Of a stretch of DNA of 64,000 nucleotides, positions 37,220-46,867 are shown piece after piece (positions within the stretch are counted from its first letter, which is position 1; the number at the start of each line of letters is the position of its first letter). The notes beneath the pieces are model-generated. The model ran no database searches and had not been told where the DNA came from. It saw only the letters and a list, made by a program, of their open reading frames with translations. This DNA comes from Candidatus Sumerlaeia bacterium (GTDB taxonomy: Bacteria > Sumerlaeota > Sumerlaeia > SLMS01 > JANRJK01). The stretch lies in the NCBI GenBank assembly GCA_033764015.1, contig JANRJK010000014.1:64001-128000 (forward strand), read 5' to 3'. The translations under genes and the position numbers were made by a program.

Positions 37220-37513
37220 ATGTCGTTCCTCAAGCAGGACAGCAAGGCCGAGGCGGTTGGCCTCGTGATGATCGTGGCGGGGTTGCTGACCGCCGCCGTG
37301 TTCCTCTATGTGCGTGTCGCGCACGAAGCGAAGTGGGCGATGATCCTAGTCGCCATCGGCTGGGTGACCGCCTTCACCGGCAAGACGATCCGCAAGCTGG
37401 CCTCGACGCGCCAGCAGCAGAAGATGCACCTCCGGATGGCAGCGGAAGCGAAGCGGAACGAACGCGCCGACGCCATGGCTGACGAGGGTCCGCGTCCCGC
37501 CCAGGCGGGCTGA
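37220..37513 (+). CDS. Small two-TM hypothetical protein
   Basis: GGAGG RBS and two hydrophobic helices. The 3' half overlaps the convergent gene. Confidence 0.55.
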   Translation: MSFLKQDSKAEAVGLVMIVAGLLTAAVFLYVRVAHEAKWAMILVAIGWVTAFTGKTIRKLASTRQQQKMHLRMAAEAKRNERADAMADEGPRPAQAG

Positions 37514-38548
37514 GCCGCGGCTGAATCCGGGGCCGAGGCCTTGGCCCGACAGCGTGGTGCCGAAGAACGGCAGCCGCACCTGCCCGCCATGCGTGTGCCC
37601 GGCGAGGGCCGCCTGCGCGCCCAGCGAGGCCGCCAGGGGGAACGCGTCGGGCGTGTGGACCAAGGCGAGGTGGGGGCGTCCGCGCTCCGCCAACCGCGCG
37701 CGGCGCCAGGGGCCGAGCGGCAGATAGGGCGCTTCGATGCCCGCGATGCGCAGGACGCCGTCGGGGCGCCGGACTTCGCATAGGTCGTTCTTCAGGAGTC
37801 GGGCGCCGGCGAGAGCGAGCTGCGCCTCCACCGCTGCGGGATCGGTCCAGAAGTCGTGGTTGCCGCGGATCGCGAGCACGCCGTCGGGCGCGGAGAGGCC
37901 ATCGAGCATTTCGGCGATGCGCGGGATGAACGCGGCGCGCGTGATGTAGTCCCCCCCAAGCAGAACCAGATCCGGACGCAGCGACATCGCGGTGGCCACC
38001 GCGTGGCGGTAGTACGCCCACGGCAGCGTGCGGTGGAGGTGCGGGTCGGTGAGCCAAACGATGCGGTAGCCCTCGAAGCCGGCGGGCAGATCGTCGAGCG
38101 GGAGGCGGTAGCGGACCACATCGAGCGCCGTGGGCCTGTTGACCGGTCGGAGCGCGCGGAGCAGCGCGCGCTCGGCGGGCTTGAGTCCTTCCGCCGCGGC
38201 ATGGTCGGCGGGCCAATGGCGGGGCGACACTTGGCGGCGGCGCGCATCCAGGCGCTCGAGGCGAAGTTGCCCCGCCGTGCTCCAGAGGGCTGCGAGTCCC
38301 GCGGCCATGAGGGAAGCGAGCGCGACGGCGGTCCATGGCCCCGGGTCGCGGTCGAACGCCCGTGCCGCGAGGACGCCGACGACCGCGGCGCCGGGCATGG
38401 TGCCGAGCGCGACGGCCTTCTTCAGGTAGCTTTCGCGGAAGTGGCAGAGCGTGCGGTTCTGGACCCGGACGAGGAGGCCCGCGGCGCCCGTGGCGGCGAG
38501 GGCTCCCGCGGCGAGGGCGGCCGCGGTGGGCAACGGCGGGTTGCTCAG
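37346..38548 (-). CDS. Membrane-anchored metallophosphoesterase (YkuE-like)
   Basis: DPH, GGD, GNHD, HTPD, GHTHGGQ and RFRCHPE. Start uncertain (CTG 38548 or TTG 38533). Confidence 0.88.
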   Translation of the reverse strand: MSNPPLPTAAALAAGALAATGAAGLLVRVQNRTLCHFRESYLKKAVALGTMPGAAVVGVLAARAFDRDPGPWTAVALASLMAAGLAALWSTAGQLRLERLDARRRQVSPRHWPADHAAAEGLKPAERALLRALRPVNRPTALDVVRYRLPLDDLPAGFEGYRIVWLTDPHLHRTLPWAYYRHAVATAMSLRPDLVLLGGDYITRAAFIPRIAEMLDGLSAPDGVLAIRGNHDFWTDPAAVEAQLALAGARLLKNDLCEVRRPDGVLRIAGIEAPYLPLGPWRRARLAERGRPHLALVHTPDAFPLAASLGAQAALAGHTHGGQVRLPFFGTTLSGQGLGPGFSRGSARLGGTRTLVSHGVGAFVPLRFRCHPEVHLLLLARRGQLADRLAGEGGHPADGD

Positions 38549-39030
38549 GCCCCTGCGATGAGGCGGAGGACGTTCGCCTGCTCGATCGCGGCCAGCGCCG
38601 CCTCCGCGCCCTTGTTGCCCATCTTCGCGCCGGCCCGCTCGAGCGCCTGCTCCAGCGTGTCCGGCGTCAGCACGCCGAAGCCGACCGGGAGGCCGTGCTC
38701 CATGGAGACGGCGGCGAGGCCCTTGGTGACTTCCGCGGCGATCAGCTCGTTGTTCGTCGTGGCGCCGCGCATGATGCACCCGAGCGCGAGGACGCCGTGG
38801 AAGCCGCCCTTGCGGGCGATCGCCTGGGCCACGAGGGGAATCTCGAACGCCCCGGGAGTGTAGACGACGGCTTGGTCCGACGGCTTGGCGCCATGGCGCT
38901 CGAGGGCGTCGAGGGCGCCGTCGAGGAGTTCCTTCGTCACGAGCGAATTATAGCGCGAGACGATGATGGCGAAGCGGAGGCCGGTGGCGTCGAGCGGCGC
39001 GGAGATGATGGTAGGCTTGGCTTGGCTCAT
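38545..39030 (-). CDS. ribH: 6,7-dimethyl-8-ribityllumazine synthase
   Basis: SRYNS..T..LLDGA, PGAFEIP, ALGCIMRGAT, FGVLT and QALERAG..MGNKG. Confidence 0.93.
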   Translation of the reverse strand: MSQAKPTIISAPLDATGLRFAIIVSRYNSLVTKELLDGALDALERHGAKPSDQAVVYTPGAFEIPLVAQAIARKGGFHGVLALGCIMRGATTNNELIAAEVTKGLAAVSMEHGLPVGFGVLTPDTLEQALERAGAKMGNKGAEAALAAIEQANVLRLIAGA

Positions 39031-39040
39031 GGCGGGCTCC

Positions 39041-39457
39041 TCAGCGCTGCGTGTCTTCATCGGGGTTCGACTTCGGTGCGGTGGGCGCGTCGGGTTCCAC
39101 GCCGCCGACGGGACGGGTGCGCTTGAGCACTTCTTCGATGCGCGCGTAGCGGGCGACGGACTCGTCGTAGCGGAAGCGCAGCTTGGGATGGTGCCGGAGC
39201 GTGAGCTGGCGGGCGACGGCGGACTGGAGGAATCCCGCGGCGCTTTCGAGCGCCGCGATGGTGTCGCCGATGGCGGCCTCGTCCTCGGGGATCTGCGTGA
39301 AGTAGACCGTCGCGACGGAGAAGTCGGGGGCCACCTTGACGTGGGTGACGGTGAGGAGGGCGGGCATGCGCGGATCGCGCATCTCCTGGGTGACGACGGT
39401 GGCGAGGATGTTCTTGATTTCCTCTCCGACCCGTTCGGGGCGGTGCGAGAGGGTCAC
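39041..39457 (-). CDS. rbfA: Ribosome-binding factor A
   Basis: RPERV, EMRDPR, TVTHVKVAPDFS.A.VY, AGFL and LRHHPKLRFRYD. Confidence 0.92.
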   Translation of the reverse strand: MTLSHRPERVGEEIKNILATVVTQEMRDPRMPALLTVTHVKVAPDFSVATVYFTQIPEDEAAIGDTIAALESAAGFLQSAVARQLTLRHHPKLRFRYDESVARYARIEEVLKRTRPVGGVEPDAPTAPKSNPDEDTQR

Positions 39458-39487
39458 GGTGCGTTCCTGCGGGGGTTGGTTTGAATG

Positions 39488-39517
39488 GCAAGGGGCGCCC
39501 GTCGAGGCGCCCCTTGC
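39488..39517. terminator. 12-bp hairpin downstream of the Tad cluster
   Basis: gcaaggggcgcc-N6-ggcgccccttgc. Confidence 0.5.
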
Positions 39518-39551
39518 GTGTTGGTTGCTCCGGCGCGGGGCCGGCGTGGGC

Positions 39552-40013
39552 TTAGCGGAACGTGCCGGGGGCGACGTCCGAGGCCCAGCGCTCCTGGCCG
39601 GTCGGGTAGGCGACGATGACACGGCGCTCGGCGTCGGGCACGGCGGCTTGGAGCAGGTACTGCGCCATGGCCTGCCGGCGGCGGTTGTCGATCGAGGCGT
39701 TCTCGGTCGTCTCGATCACCACGGGATGGGGTTCGCGGATGAGGCGACGGACGACGGTGGCGAGGTGGCGCTGGCCGTCGGGCGTGAGCGATTCGGTTTC
39801 CGCGTTCCACATATGGCGGTAGAAGATGAAGTCGTTGGCTTCGGCCTTGGTGGCTTGGCGGTCGAAGGGGGCGCGGACGTAGGTGCCCGCGGGCTGGGGC
39901 AGGGCGCCGGCCGGGATGTCGTACTTGCCGCGGAAACTGCATCCGCTGCTGAGCACCACAGCCGCGAGGGCCAGCGTCGAGATTCCCATTGTGATCAACT
40001 TCGTCGCGTTCAT
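39552..40013 (-). CDS. Lipoprotein downstream of the secretin (possible CpaD/pilotin-like)
   Basis: Lipobox LSSGC, and position in the Tad operon. Confidence 0.6.
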   Translation of the reverse strand: MNATKLITMGISTLALAAVVLSSGCSFRGKYDIPAGALPQPAGTYVRAPFDRQATKAEANDFIFYRHMWNAETESLTPDGQRHLATVVRRLIREPHPVVIETTENASIDNRRRQAMAQYLLQAAVPDAERRVIVAYPTGQERWASDVAPGTFR

Positions 40014-40087
40014 GGTCCGTCCTCGGAGGGTCGCTGGGGAGGTTGGGATGGTCTGGTGCGTGGAGCGCATCGGTCGGGTTGTCCCTG

Positions 40088-41842
40088 TCACCGCGGAGTG
40101 GACTGCCCGGCCGGTCCGGCGATGTACACCTTGTCCATGCGGCGGTAGCGGGCGATGCGGTCGAAGTTCGTGCGCGCGGCCGAACGGTAATCGTCCGACG
40201 TGCGGCTTTCGAGGCGGTTGAGGATATAGAACTCGAGGTCGTCGGGCTCGAACATGTCCGAACCGGGGAGCGGGGGCAGCTCGGTCGAATCGAGCGGGGC
40301 GATGATCTCCGGGCGGACCAGGATCACGAGCTCTGTTTCCGCGCTGGCGGTCGTCGTCGAGCCGAAGAACTGGCCGATGAAGGGGAGGTCGCCGAGGAGC
40401 GGAATGCGGTCCGAGCTGGAGCCGAAGGTGGTCTGCGTGAGGCCGGCGACGGCGAGCGTCTGGCCCTCCTGCAGCTCGACCGTGGTGCTGAAGTTGCGCG
40501 AATCGACACCGGGGACCGAACTGCCGCCGCCGGCGCTGCTGACGCGGTCGCTGACTTTCGCTTGGATGTCGAGGCGGATGCGGTCGCGGTCGGTGATATA
40601 GGGCGTGAAGTTGAGGGTGACGCCGAAGTCCTTGAACTCGGTGCCTTGGAGGACCGAGCCGCTGTTGCTGCCAAGGACCGGGATGGGGAACTCGCCACCG
40701 GCGCGGAAGGAGGCCTTCTGGCCGTTGATGGTCACCAGCTTCGGCTCGGCCATGGCGCGGGCGAGCTGCAGGTTGCGCAGGGCGCGGACGGCGAACTGGT
40801 ACTTGTCGGTCTGGGAAACGAACGAGACTGGGATGTTGCCGCCGTTCAGCAGGTTGCCGGTGAGGTTCGCGAAGCGGAGCGTGCCGTCGCCGGACTCGCC
40901 CGACTCGAACTGGAAGTTCATGCCGATGGCGCGGCCCGCGGCGCGGTTGACTTCCGCGATCGTGACCTGGAGTTCGACCTGCGACTCGCCCGGGATGCGG
41001 AGGAGGTTGATGATGTTCGGGTGGCCGGCGATCTGGTAGTTGGTTGCGCCGGGGAGCGAAGCGCCACCCGGGTCCGCCGCCATTTCGGCGGCGAGCGGCT
41101 GCATGCCCGAGGTCGGGATCTTGACCAGTTCGTTCAGCGGCGCGTTCGAGATCAGGATCTTCATGATCTGGTCCGCTTCGCGGGCGTCGCGGGCCTGGCC
41201 GCGGACGACCAGCTTGTCGCCGACGAGGGAGAGCTCGACGAAGCTGTTGGGGAAGCCGTCGTTCACTTCCTTCTCGAGCGCCTTGTAGATGCGCTCCAGG
41301 CGGACGCGCTCTTCGGGGTCGGGGAGGACGCGGACGAGGTAGCTGAGGACCGTCGTCTTGCTGGGGTCGCTGATGTCGGTGAAGGTGATGTTGAGCGTGG
41401 TGGTGCCGACTTCCTTGCCGTAGACGGAGATTTCGCGCTCGGAAAGGATGATGACGGACAGGAGGCGCTCGTTGGGGGTCTCGACGCGGATGGGAACGCG
41501 GCGGAGCTTGAGGAGGCGGGAGCGTCCCTGCACGAGGTCGAGCGTGGCCTCCGGATCGACGGCCTGCTCGATGTACTGGCTGAACTTGCCCGCGACTTCG
41601 GGAGTCGGGCGGGGAGCTGCGCCAAGCATGTCCGACGAGACGTCGAGCAGGGGCAGCCGAGTGCGGCCTGCTCCGAAGAGCGGGCCTTCCTGCTGCGTTG
41701 CGGGGACGACGCCGGTATTTGAGCCTTGCTGCGCCGGCGCGGGGGCCGGGGCGAGCCCGGCGATCGCCGCGAGGGCGAGCAAAGTGCGGGACGTCGAGGC
41801 CAGCGAGCGCAGCGGGGAATGGGCGGGGATCGTCGTATGCAC
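40088..41842 (-). CDS. cpaC: Tad secretin (CpaC/RcpA-like)
   Basis: G.EVGTTTL, QVELQVTIAEVNR, AEPKLVTINGQKASF.AGGEFPIP, FGVTLNFTP and IPLLGDLPFIG. GTG start with GAGG RBS. Confidence 0.9.
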   Translation of the reverse strand: MHTTIPAHSPLRSLASTSRTLLALAAIAGLAPAPAPAQQGSNTGVVPATQQEGPLFGAGRTRLPLLDVSSDMLGAAPRPTPEVAGKFSQYIEQAVDPEATLDLVQGRSRLLKLRRVPIRVETPNERLLSVIILSEREISVYGKEVGTTTLNITFTDISDPSKTTVLSYLVRVLPDPEERVRLERIYKALEKEVNDGFPNSFVELSLVGDKLVVRGQARDAREADQIMKILISNAPLNELVKIPTSGMQPLAAEMAADPGGASLPGATNYQIAGHPNIINLLRIPGESQVELQVTIAEVNRAAGRAIGMNFQFESGESGDGTLRFANLTGNLLNGGNIPVSFVSQTDKYQFAVRALRNLQLARAMAEPKLVTINGQKASFRAGGEFPIPVLGSNSGSVLQGTEFKDFGVTLNFTPYITDRDRIRLDIQAKVSDRVSSAGGGSSVPGVDSRNFSTTVELQEGQTLAVAGLTQTTFGSSSDRIPLLGDLPFIGQFFGSTTTASAETELVILVRPEIIAPLDSTELPPLPGSDMFEPDDLEFYILNRLESRTSDDYRSAARTNFDRIARYRRMDKVYIAGPAGQSTPR

Positions 41843-41913
41843 GGAGGTCAACCTCGTTGAGTAGTGGACGGCACTGCGGAATACGCTCCTGGGGGTCACA
41901 GAAGGAGCCCTCG

Positions 41914-42309
41914 TCATGCGCACAGGAACCGCAAGGAAGCGGGCAGCGGAATCGGGGTACGGTCGCAACGCATGATTTGCAGGTGAGCCCCGGGAAGGAC
42001 GCTAGCCGAATCTGCAGGCAACTCAAGAACGGCGTGCGTCCCGCTAGGGGCCGGTGAGAGCCGCCAAGGGGCGACGTTCCGGGCAACGCCCAGCACGGTC
42101 CCTTCGACGGACAAGAACACAACATCGATCGCGAACCGCATCCACATGGTGTGGATGCTTCCGCAGGGCACGAGCAACATGCCCGTCCCCCGCGGCAGTT
42201 CCCGCCGGAACTGCAAACCCTTGAACCGGCTCCAGAAGGAGCTGGCCAACTCGAGACGCTCCACCACCGGGAGCCCCGTCTCGCGGTCCACCAGGGCGAA
42301 CGGCGTCAC
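41914..42309 (-). CDS. DUF192 domain protein
   Basis: SFWSRFKGL, IHTMWMRFAIDVVFL and VLELPA. Confidence 0.85.
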   Translation of the reverse strand: MTPFALVDRETGLPVVERLELASSFWSRFKGLQFRRELPRGTGMLLVPCGSIHTMWMRFAIDVVFLSVEGTVLGVARNVAPWRLSPAPSGTHAVLELPADSASVLPGAHLQIMRCDRTPIPLPASLRFLCA

Positions 42310-43307
42310 GGATTCTGGCCTGCGGCCGCGGCGGCGGACTGCTGCGACTGGGTGGCAAGGGCCGCGGGGCGTCCGCCGATGGTGCCGCCGATGTTCTGGA
42401 AGACGCCGTCGAGCCTGTTGAACGCCTCGTAGTAGACCGGTCCGAGCGCGGCCAGGAAGATACCCGGAAGGAAGCAGATAACCATCGGCACGGTACGCTT
42501 GATCGAGACCTTCATCGCGTGCTCGATCGCCATTTCGCGGCGCCGGATACGGAGGTCTTCCGCTTGGTGGCGGAGCACCTCGGAGATCGATGCGCCGATC
42601 TGCTCTCCCTGGACAACCGCCGCGATCACCACTGAGAACGTGGAGACGTCAACCCGGCGGGAGAGTCTCCGAAGGCACTGGATCCGGGGGCGGCCACCCA
42701 TCACGTCGGCGCGGAACGTGCGCCATTCGTCGGCGAGCGGGCGGGCGCGCGAGTAGGAGCGCAGCACGCTATCGACGCTGGCGTCGAAGCTGAGGCCCGC
42801 TTCGCAAAGCGTCGCCAGCATTTCCAGCGTGATCGGCAGGTCGGCGGTGATCATCTGGACGCGGCGCTCACGCACAGCCCGGACGTAGTGGAACGGCAGG
42901 TAGGGAAGCAGGATGATGAAGAGGTAGGGCAGCAGCAGGACGAACGGACGGAAGATCTCGCCGAGGTTGCCGGGCCAGTTCTGCATGCCCTCGAAGAGGC
43001 GCGCCTCGTAGCCGGAGGACTTCCACAGGTACGCGAGGAAGATCGCGAACATGAGGAGGGACACGACGAGGAAGAGGAAGACCAGGTGCGCCGCCGGCTG
43101 GCGGAAGCCGGCGGTGATCAGCCAGTGCTTGATGAAGCGGGCGTCTTCGTCGGCGTCGGGACCGGCGGCGGCGGCGTTCTCCCCGGCGGCCTTGGCGGCG
43201 CGGAGGCGTCGCGACTTCGCCTGCTCGACGGCGATCTGCTGCGCGATGATGAGCAGCGCGAGCGCCAGGAGGCCGACGAAGAGGAGGATCAGGACGAACG
43301 TGGTCAT
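42306..43307 (-). CDS. tadC: Tad inner-membrane platform protein TadC
   Basis: LP..LEMLATLCEAGLSFD, GASISEVLR and PMVICFLP. Confidence 0.88.
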   Translation of the reverse strand: MTTFVLILLFVGLLALALLIIAQQIAVEQAKSRRLRAAKAAGENAAAAGPDADEDARFIKHWLITAGFRQPAAHLVFLFLVVSLLMFAIFLAYLWKSSGYEARLFEGMQNWPGNLGEIFRPFVLLLPYLFIILLPYLPFHYVRAVRERRVQMITADLPITLEMLATLCEAGLSFDASVDSVLRSYSRARPLADEWRTFRADVMGGRPRIQCLRRLSRRVDVSTFSVVIAAVVQGEQIGASISEVLRHQAEDLRIRRREMAIEHAMKVSIKRTVPMVICFLPGIFLAALGPVYYEAFNRLDGVFQNIGGTIGGRPAALATQSQQSAAAAAGQNP

Positions 43308-43326
43308 CGCGGAGGTCTCTCTGTTC

Positions 43327-44193
43327 CTAGAACTTGATCTTGCTCATGCGCGACTGCCAATACACGCCGACCGCCTGGAGCACGATCACGAGCAGCGCGA
43401 GGTGCTGGCCCACTTCCGTGCGGAAGAAGGCCTCGAACCGCAGCCGGTCGTGGGACCACATCACGTAGGCGATCAGGTAGGAGACCAGAAGCACCGCCAC
43501 CGTGGAGGCGCGGGCCTGCGCGGTCATGGCGGAGTAGCGGCGCGTCACTTCGATGCGGTCGCGCACCGAGCGCCCGAGGCTGGCGAGGGTGGAGGTGATG
43601 TTGCCGCCGAGGGACCAATGGACCGAGAGCGCGGTCGTGAAGAGGCGGACCGAATCGAGCGGCAGGCGCGCCAGAAGGCCCTGCAAGGCGGTCTGGGGCT
43701 CTTCGCCGAGGCGGATGCGCCCGAGCATGTCCTCGAAGGCGCCGCGGAGCGGGTCGCGCAGTTCGCGCGTGATGTTCTGCAGCGTCGAGGGAAGACTCGA
43801 ACCCGCTCGCAGGCCCGCGACCATCAAGTCGATCGCGTCGGCGAGCTGCATCTCGAGCCGCTGCAGGCGGCGCTCGTAGTTCCACTCCTCGATCTCGACC
43901 AGCACCAGCGCCAGCGTGAGGCCGAAGCCGGCGGCGAACAGGAGCGTGACCTTGAAGACGAAGAAGAGGATGATGGCGAGGGCGAGGCCGGAGAGCCACG
44001 CGGCCTCGGAGTAGCGCGAGATGATCGGGCGGATCGAGGCGATGCGCTCGCGCGAGCCGCCGTTCACCGCCTCCTGCGCGGGCGTCAGGCGGTCCAGCGT
44101 TTCGCGCCGGGTGCGGAAGATGTGCATCACGTAGGCGAGCGAACCGAAGAAGGCCGCCACGATCATGGTGTAGATGGGTGCGTAACCGTTCAC
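43327..44193 (-). CDS. tadB: Tad inner-membrane platform protein TadB
   Basis: QLADAIDLMVAGLRAG, GGNITSTL and AMTAQAR. Confidence 0.88.
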   Translation of the reverse strand: MNGYAPIYTMIVAAFFGSLAYVMHIFRTRRETLDRLTPAQEAVNGGSRERIASIRPIISRYSEAAWLSGLALAIILFFVFKVTLLFAAGFGLTLALVLVEIEEWNYERRLQRLEMQLADAIDLMVAGLRAGSSLPSTLQNITRELRDPLRGAFEDMLGRIRLGEEPQTALQGLLARLPLDSVRLFTTALSVHWSLGGNITSTLASLGRSVRDRIEVTRRYSAMTAQARASTVAVLLVSYLIAYVMWSHDRLRFEAFFRTEVGQHLALLVIVLQAVGVYWQSRMSKIKF

Positions 44194-45641
44194 GTTGGGC
44201 TCTCCACCTCGCGGCGCGTGTAGATCTCTTTGGGCACATCAAGCTGCCGAAGGTCGAAATCCGTCTGACACATCGGCGTGTAACCGGTCGGCTCGAAGTC
44301 GCCGACCACCCGGCGGTCGATCATTCCGCGGCGGTGGAAGCGGAATACCTCGCGGGTGTTGATCGCCATGCCATCGAACCCGGTGACTTCGGCGACGCTT
44401 TCCAGCCTGCGGACGCCGTCTTCGAACCGGCGCACGTGGACGATCAAGTTCAATGCGGCGCCAATCTGCTCGCGGATCGCCCGGGAGGGCAAGTCGATCC
44501 CGGCCATGAGCACCATCGTCTCGAGGCGCGAGAGCGCGTCCTTGGGGGTGTTCGCGTGGATCGTCGCCATGCTGCCGTCGTGGCCCGTGTTCATGGCCTG
44601 GAGCATGTCGAGCGCCTCGCCGGAGCGCACTTCGCCGACCACGATCCGGTCGGGGCGCATGCGGAGGCTGTTGACCAGGAGGTCGCGCATGGAGATCTCG
44701 CCGCGCCCTTCGATGTTGGAGGGCCGCGTTTCGAAACGGATCACGTGCTCCTGGTCGAGCACCAGCTCCGCCGCGTCCTCGATCGTGATGATGCGTTCGT
44801 CGTCGGGGATCGCTTCGGCCATGACACCGAGGAACGTGGACTTGCCGGCGCCGGAGCCGCCGCACACCAGGATGTTCCGGCGCGCGCGGACCGCCGCGGC
44901 CAGGAAGCGCTGGATGTCCTCGTTGTACATCCCGAGGCGCAGCAGGTCCTTGCCGCGCAGGCGCGTGCGGCCGAAGCGGCGGATCGACATCGTGGGCCCG
45001 TCGATCGAGACCGGCGGGATCGTGGCGTTCACGCGGCTTCCGTCCGCCAGGCGGGCGTCCACCATCGGGCGCGACTCGTCGATGCGGCGTCCGAGCGAAG
45101 AGGCGATGCGCTGGATCAGGCGCGTGAGGTGCGCGGCGTCCTGGAAGCGGACCGAGGTCTTCTCGAGCCGGCCGAAGCGCTCGATATAGACATCGAACGG
45201 ACCGACCACCAGGATGTCCGCCACGGCCGGGTCCGCCATCAGCGGGGCGAGCGGCCCGACGCCGAGCGTCTCCTCGACCAGATCCTCCGCGAGGCGGCGG
45301 CGCTCCGCTTCGTTCAGCGCGAGTTCCGTGGTGTCGAGGCTCTTCGCCACGAACTCCTGGACGAACGCCTTGATGCGGTCCTCCGAGGACTCGAGGAGCT
45401 TCTGCTTGTCGAGCGCGTCGAGCAGGCGTCCGTGGAGCTGGCTCTTGACCGAGAGGTACGCCGCGCGCCCGAGGCTGCGGCTTTCCGTGCGGACCGTGTC
45501 GCCTTCGCGCGAGAGCGCGGAGATCTGCCGGTCGCCGGCGCGCCGGATGCGGTACTCGGGCACGCGGACATGGACGCGCGACAAGAGGTCGCGCATCGTG
45601 GGGCGGTGCGCCGCGCCGGAGCCGTTGGCTTCGCCGCTCAA
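44190..45641 (-). CDS. cpaF: Tad secretion ATPase CpaF/TadA
   Basis: DARLADGSRVNA, GGSGAGKST, TIEDAAEL, LRMRPDRIVVGEVR and AMNTGHDGS. Confidence 0.95.
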   Translation of the reverse strand: MSGEANGSGAAHRPTMRDLLSRVHVRVPEYRIRRAGDRQISALSREGDTVRTESRSLGRAAYLSVKSQLHGRLLDALDKQKLLESSEDRIKAFVQEFVAKSLDTTELALNEAERRRLAEDLVEETLGVGPLAPLMADPAVADILVVGPFDVYIERFGRLEKTSVRFQDAAHLTRLIQRIASSLGRRIDESRPMVDARLADGSRVNATIPPVSIDGPTMSIRRFGRTRLRGKDLLRLGMYNEDIQRFLAAAVRARRNILVCGGSGAGKSTFLGVMAEAIPDDERIITIEDAAELVLDQEHVIRFETRPSNIEGRGEISMRDLLVNSLRMRPDRIVVGEVRSGEALDMLQAMNTGHDGSMATIHANTPKDALSRLETMVLMAGIDLPSRAIREQIGAALNLIVHVRRFEDGVRRLESVAEVTGFDGMAINTREVFRFHRRGMIDRRVVGDFEPTGYTPMCQTDFDLRQLDVPKEIYTRREVESPT

Positions 45642-46849
45642 TTCTGGGCTCCGCCCTGGGATGCGCCCGCCGCGATCGGCGTGGCGAGCAGTTCCGGCGT
45701 GCCGCGCACGCTGACGTCGTCCGCGATCGCCTCGATGGCCTTCGAGAACCCGGCGAAGCGCGACTGGGACAGCACGAGGGGCCGTCCGAGGTTCGCCGCC
45801 TCGATCAGGTCCTTCTCGTACGGGACGACGAAGTCGAACGAAAGGCCGAGGCGCTTCGCGATGTCCTCCGGGGACAGGAAGCCCATCGACGCCGAGTAGC
45901 GGTTCAGCACTAGGCGGCGCCGGAACTCGGGGATGCCGACCTCGTCGAGTACGTGGAGCATGCGCTGCGTGCCCTGGAGGACGGGGACCGTGCTCTCCGT
46001 GATGAGGTAGGCGGCGTCCGAAAGGTCGAGGATCGTCAGCATCACGCGGTCGATCATCGGGAACGTGTCCACGATGACGAAATCGTAGGCCCGGCGCGAG
46101 AGGTTGACCACGCGGGAGATCACGTCGTCGTCGACCATCGAGCCTTCGAGCGCGTCGTTCGGCGCGGCGAGCACGTGGAGTCCGGAGGAGTGGCGCACCG
46201 CGAGCTGGCGGAGCAGCGTTTCGTCGAGGCGTTCGTGCTCGCGGACCGCGTCCACGATCGTCGTCTTCGGGTCGAGGTCGAGCATGGCCGCGCAGATGCC
46301 CATCTGGACCGACACGTCGATCAGCAGCACCCGGTCGGGGTAGCGGCGGGCGAGCGCGCAGGCGGTGTTGACCGCGAGCGTCGACTTGCCGACGCCGCCC
46401 TTATAGGTGAAGAACGAGGCGAGGCGCCCGCGGCGGCGGACCTTCATGGTCTGCTCCGCGAGCGTGCGCTGCAGGAACTGGTCGAGTTCCAGCGAGGAGA
46501 TCGGACGGCGGAGGAAGTCGCGCACTCCGGCGCGCATCCCCGCGATGACGTAGTCGCCTTCCTTCACATCGGGGCCGAAAAGCGTCGGGTGGTAGATCGC
46601 GGCAACCGCGGTCTTGGGCGAACCGTTCTGCACTTCCTCGACGAAGTTGCGCAGCGAGAGCAGCTCGAGGTCCGACTCGACCAGGAGGATGTCGGGCTGG
46701 CGGCTGCGCGCCTGGTCCGCGCCCTTCTTCACGTCGCCGACGAAGTGAGTCACGGCGCGCACCTTGGGGATGCGTGCCAGCGCCGACTCGACCTCCGCGA
46801 GGAGGGAGTTGTCTTTGCCGACGACCATGATCTGGGGATTCAGTTCCAC
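45638..46849 (-). CDS. cpaE: CpaE/TadZ pilus localisation ATPase (pseudo-receiver plus MinD-like)
   Basis: N-terminal receiver-like domain, KGGVGKST, YDFVIVD and AANLGRP. Confidence 0.9.
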   Translation of the reverse strand: MELNPQIMVVGKDNSLLAEVESALARIPKVRAVTHFVGDVKKGADQARSRQPDILLVESDLELLSLRNFVEEVQNGSPKTAVAAIYHPTLFGPDVKEGDYVIAGMRAGVRDFLRRPISSLELDQFLQRTLAEQTMKVRRRGRLASFFTYKGGVGKSTLAVNTACALARRYPDRVLLIDVSVQMGICAAMLDLDPKTTIVDAVREHERLDETLLRQLAVRHSSGLHVLAAPNDALEGSMVDDDVISRVVNLSRRAYDFVIVDTFPMIDRVMLTILDLSDAAYLITESTVPVLQGTQRMLHVLDEVGIPEFRRRLVLNRYSASMGFLSPEDIAKRLGLSFDFVVPYEKDLIEAANLGRPLVLSQSRFAGFSKAIEAIADDVSVRGTPELLATPIAAGASQGGAQN

Positions 46850-46867
46850 TCGGTGGGCTCCAGGGGG

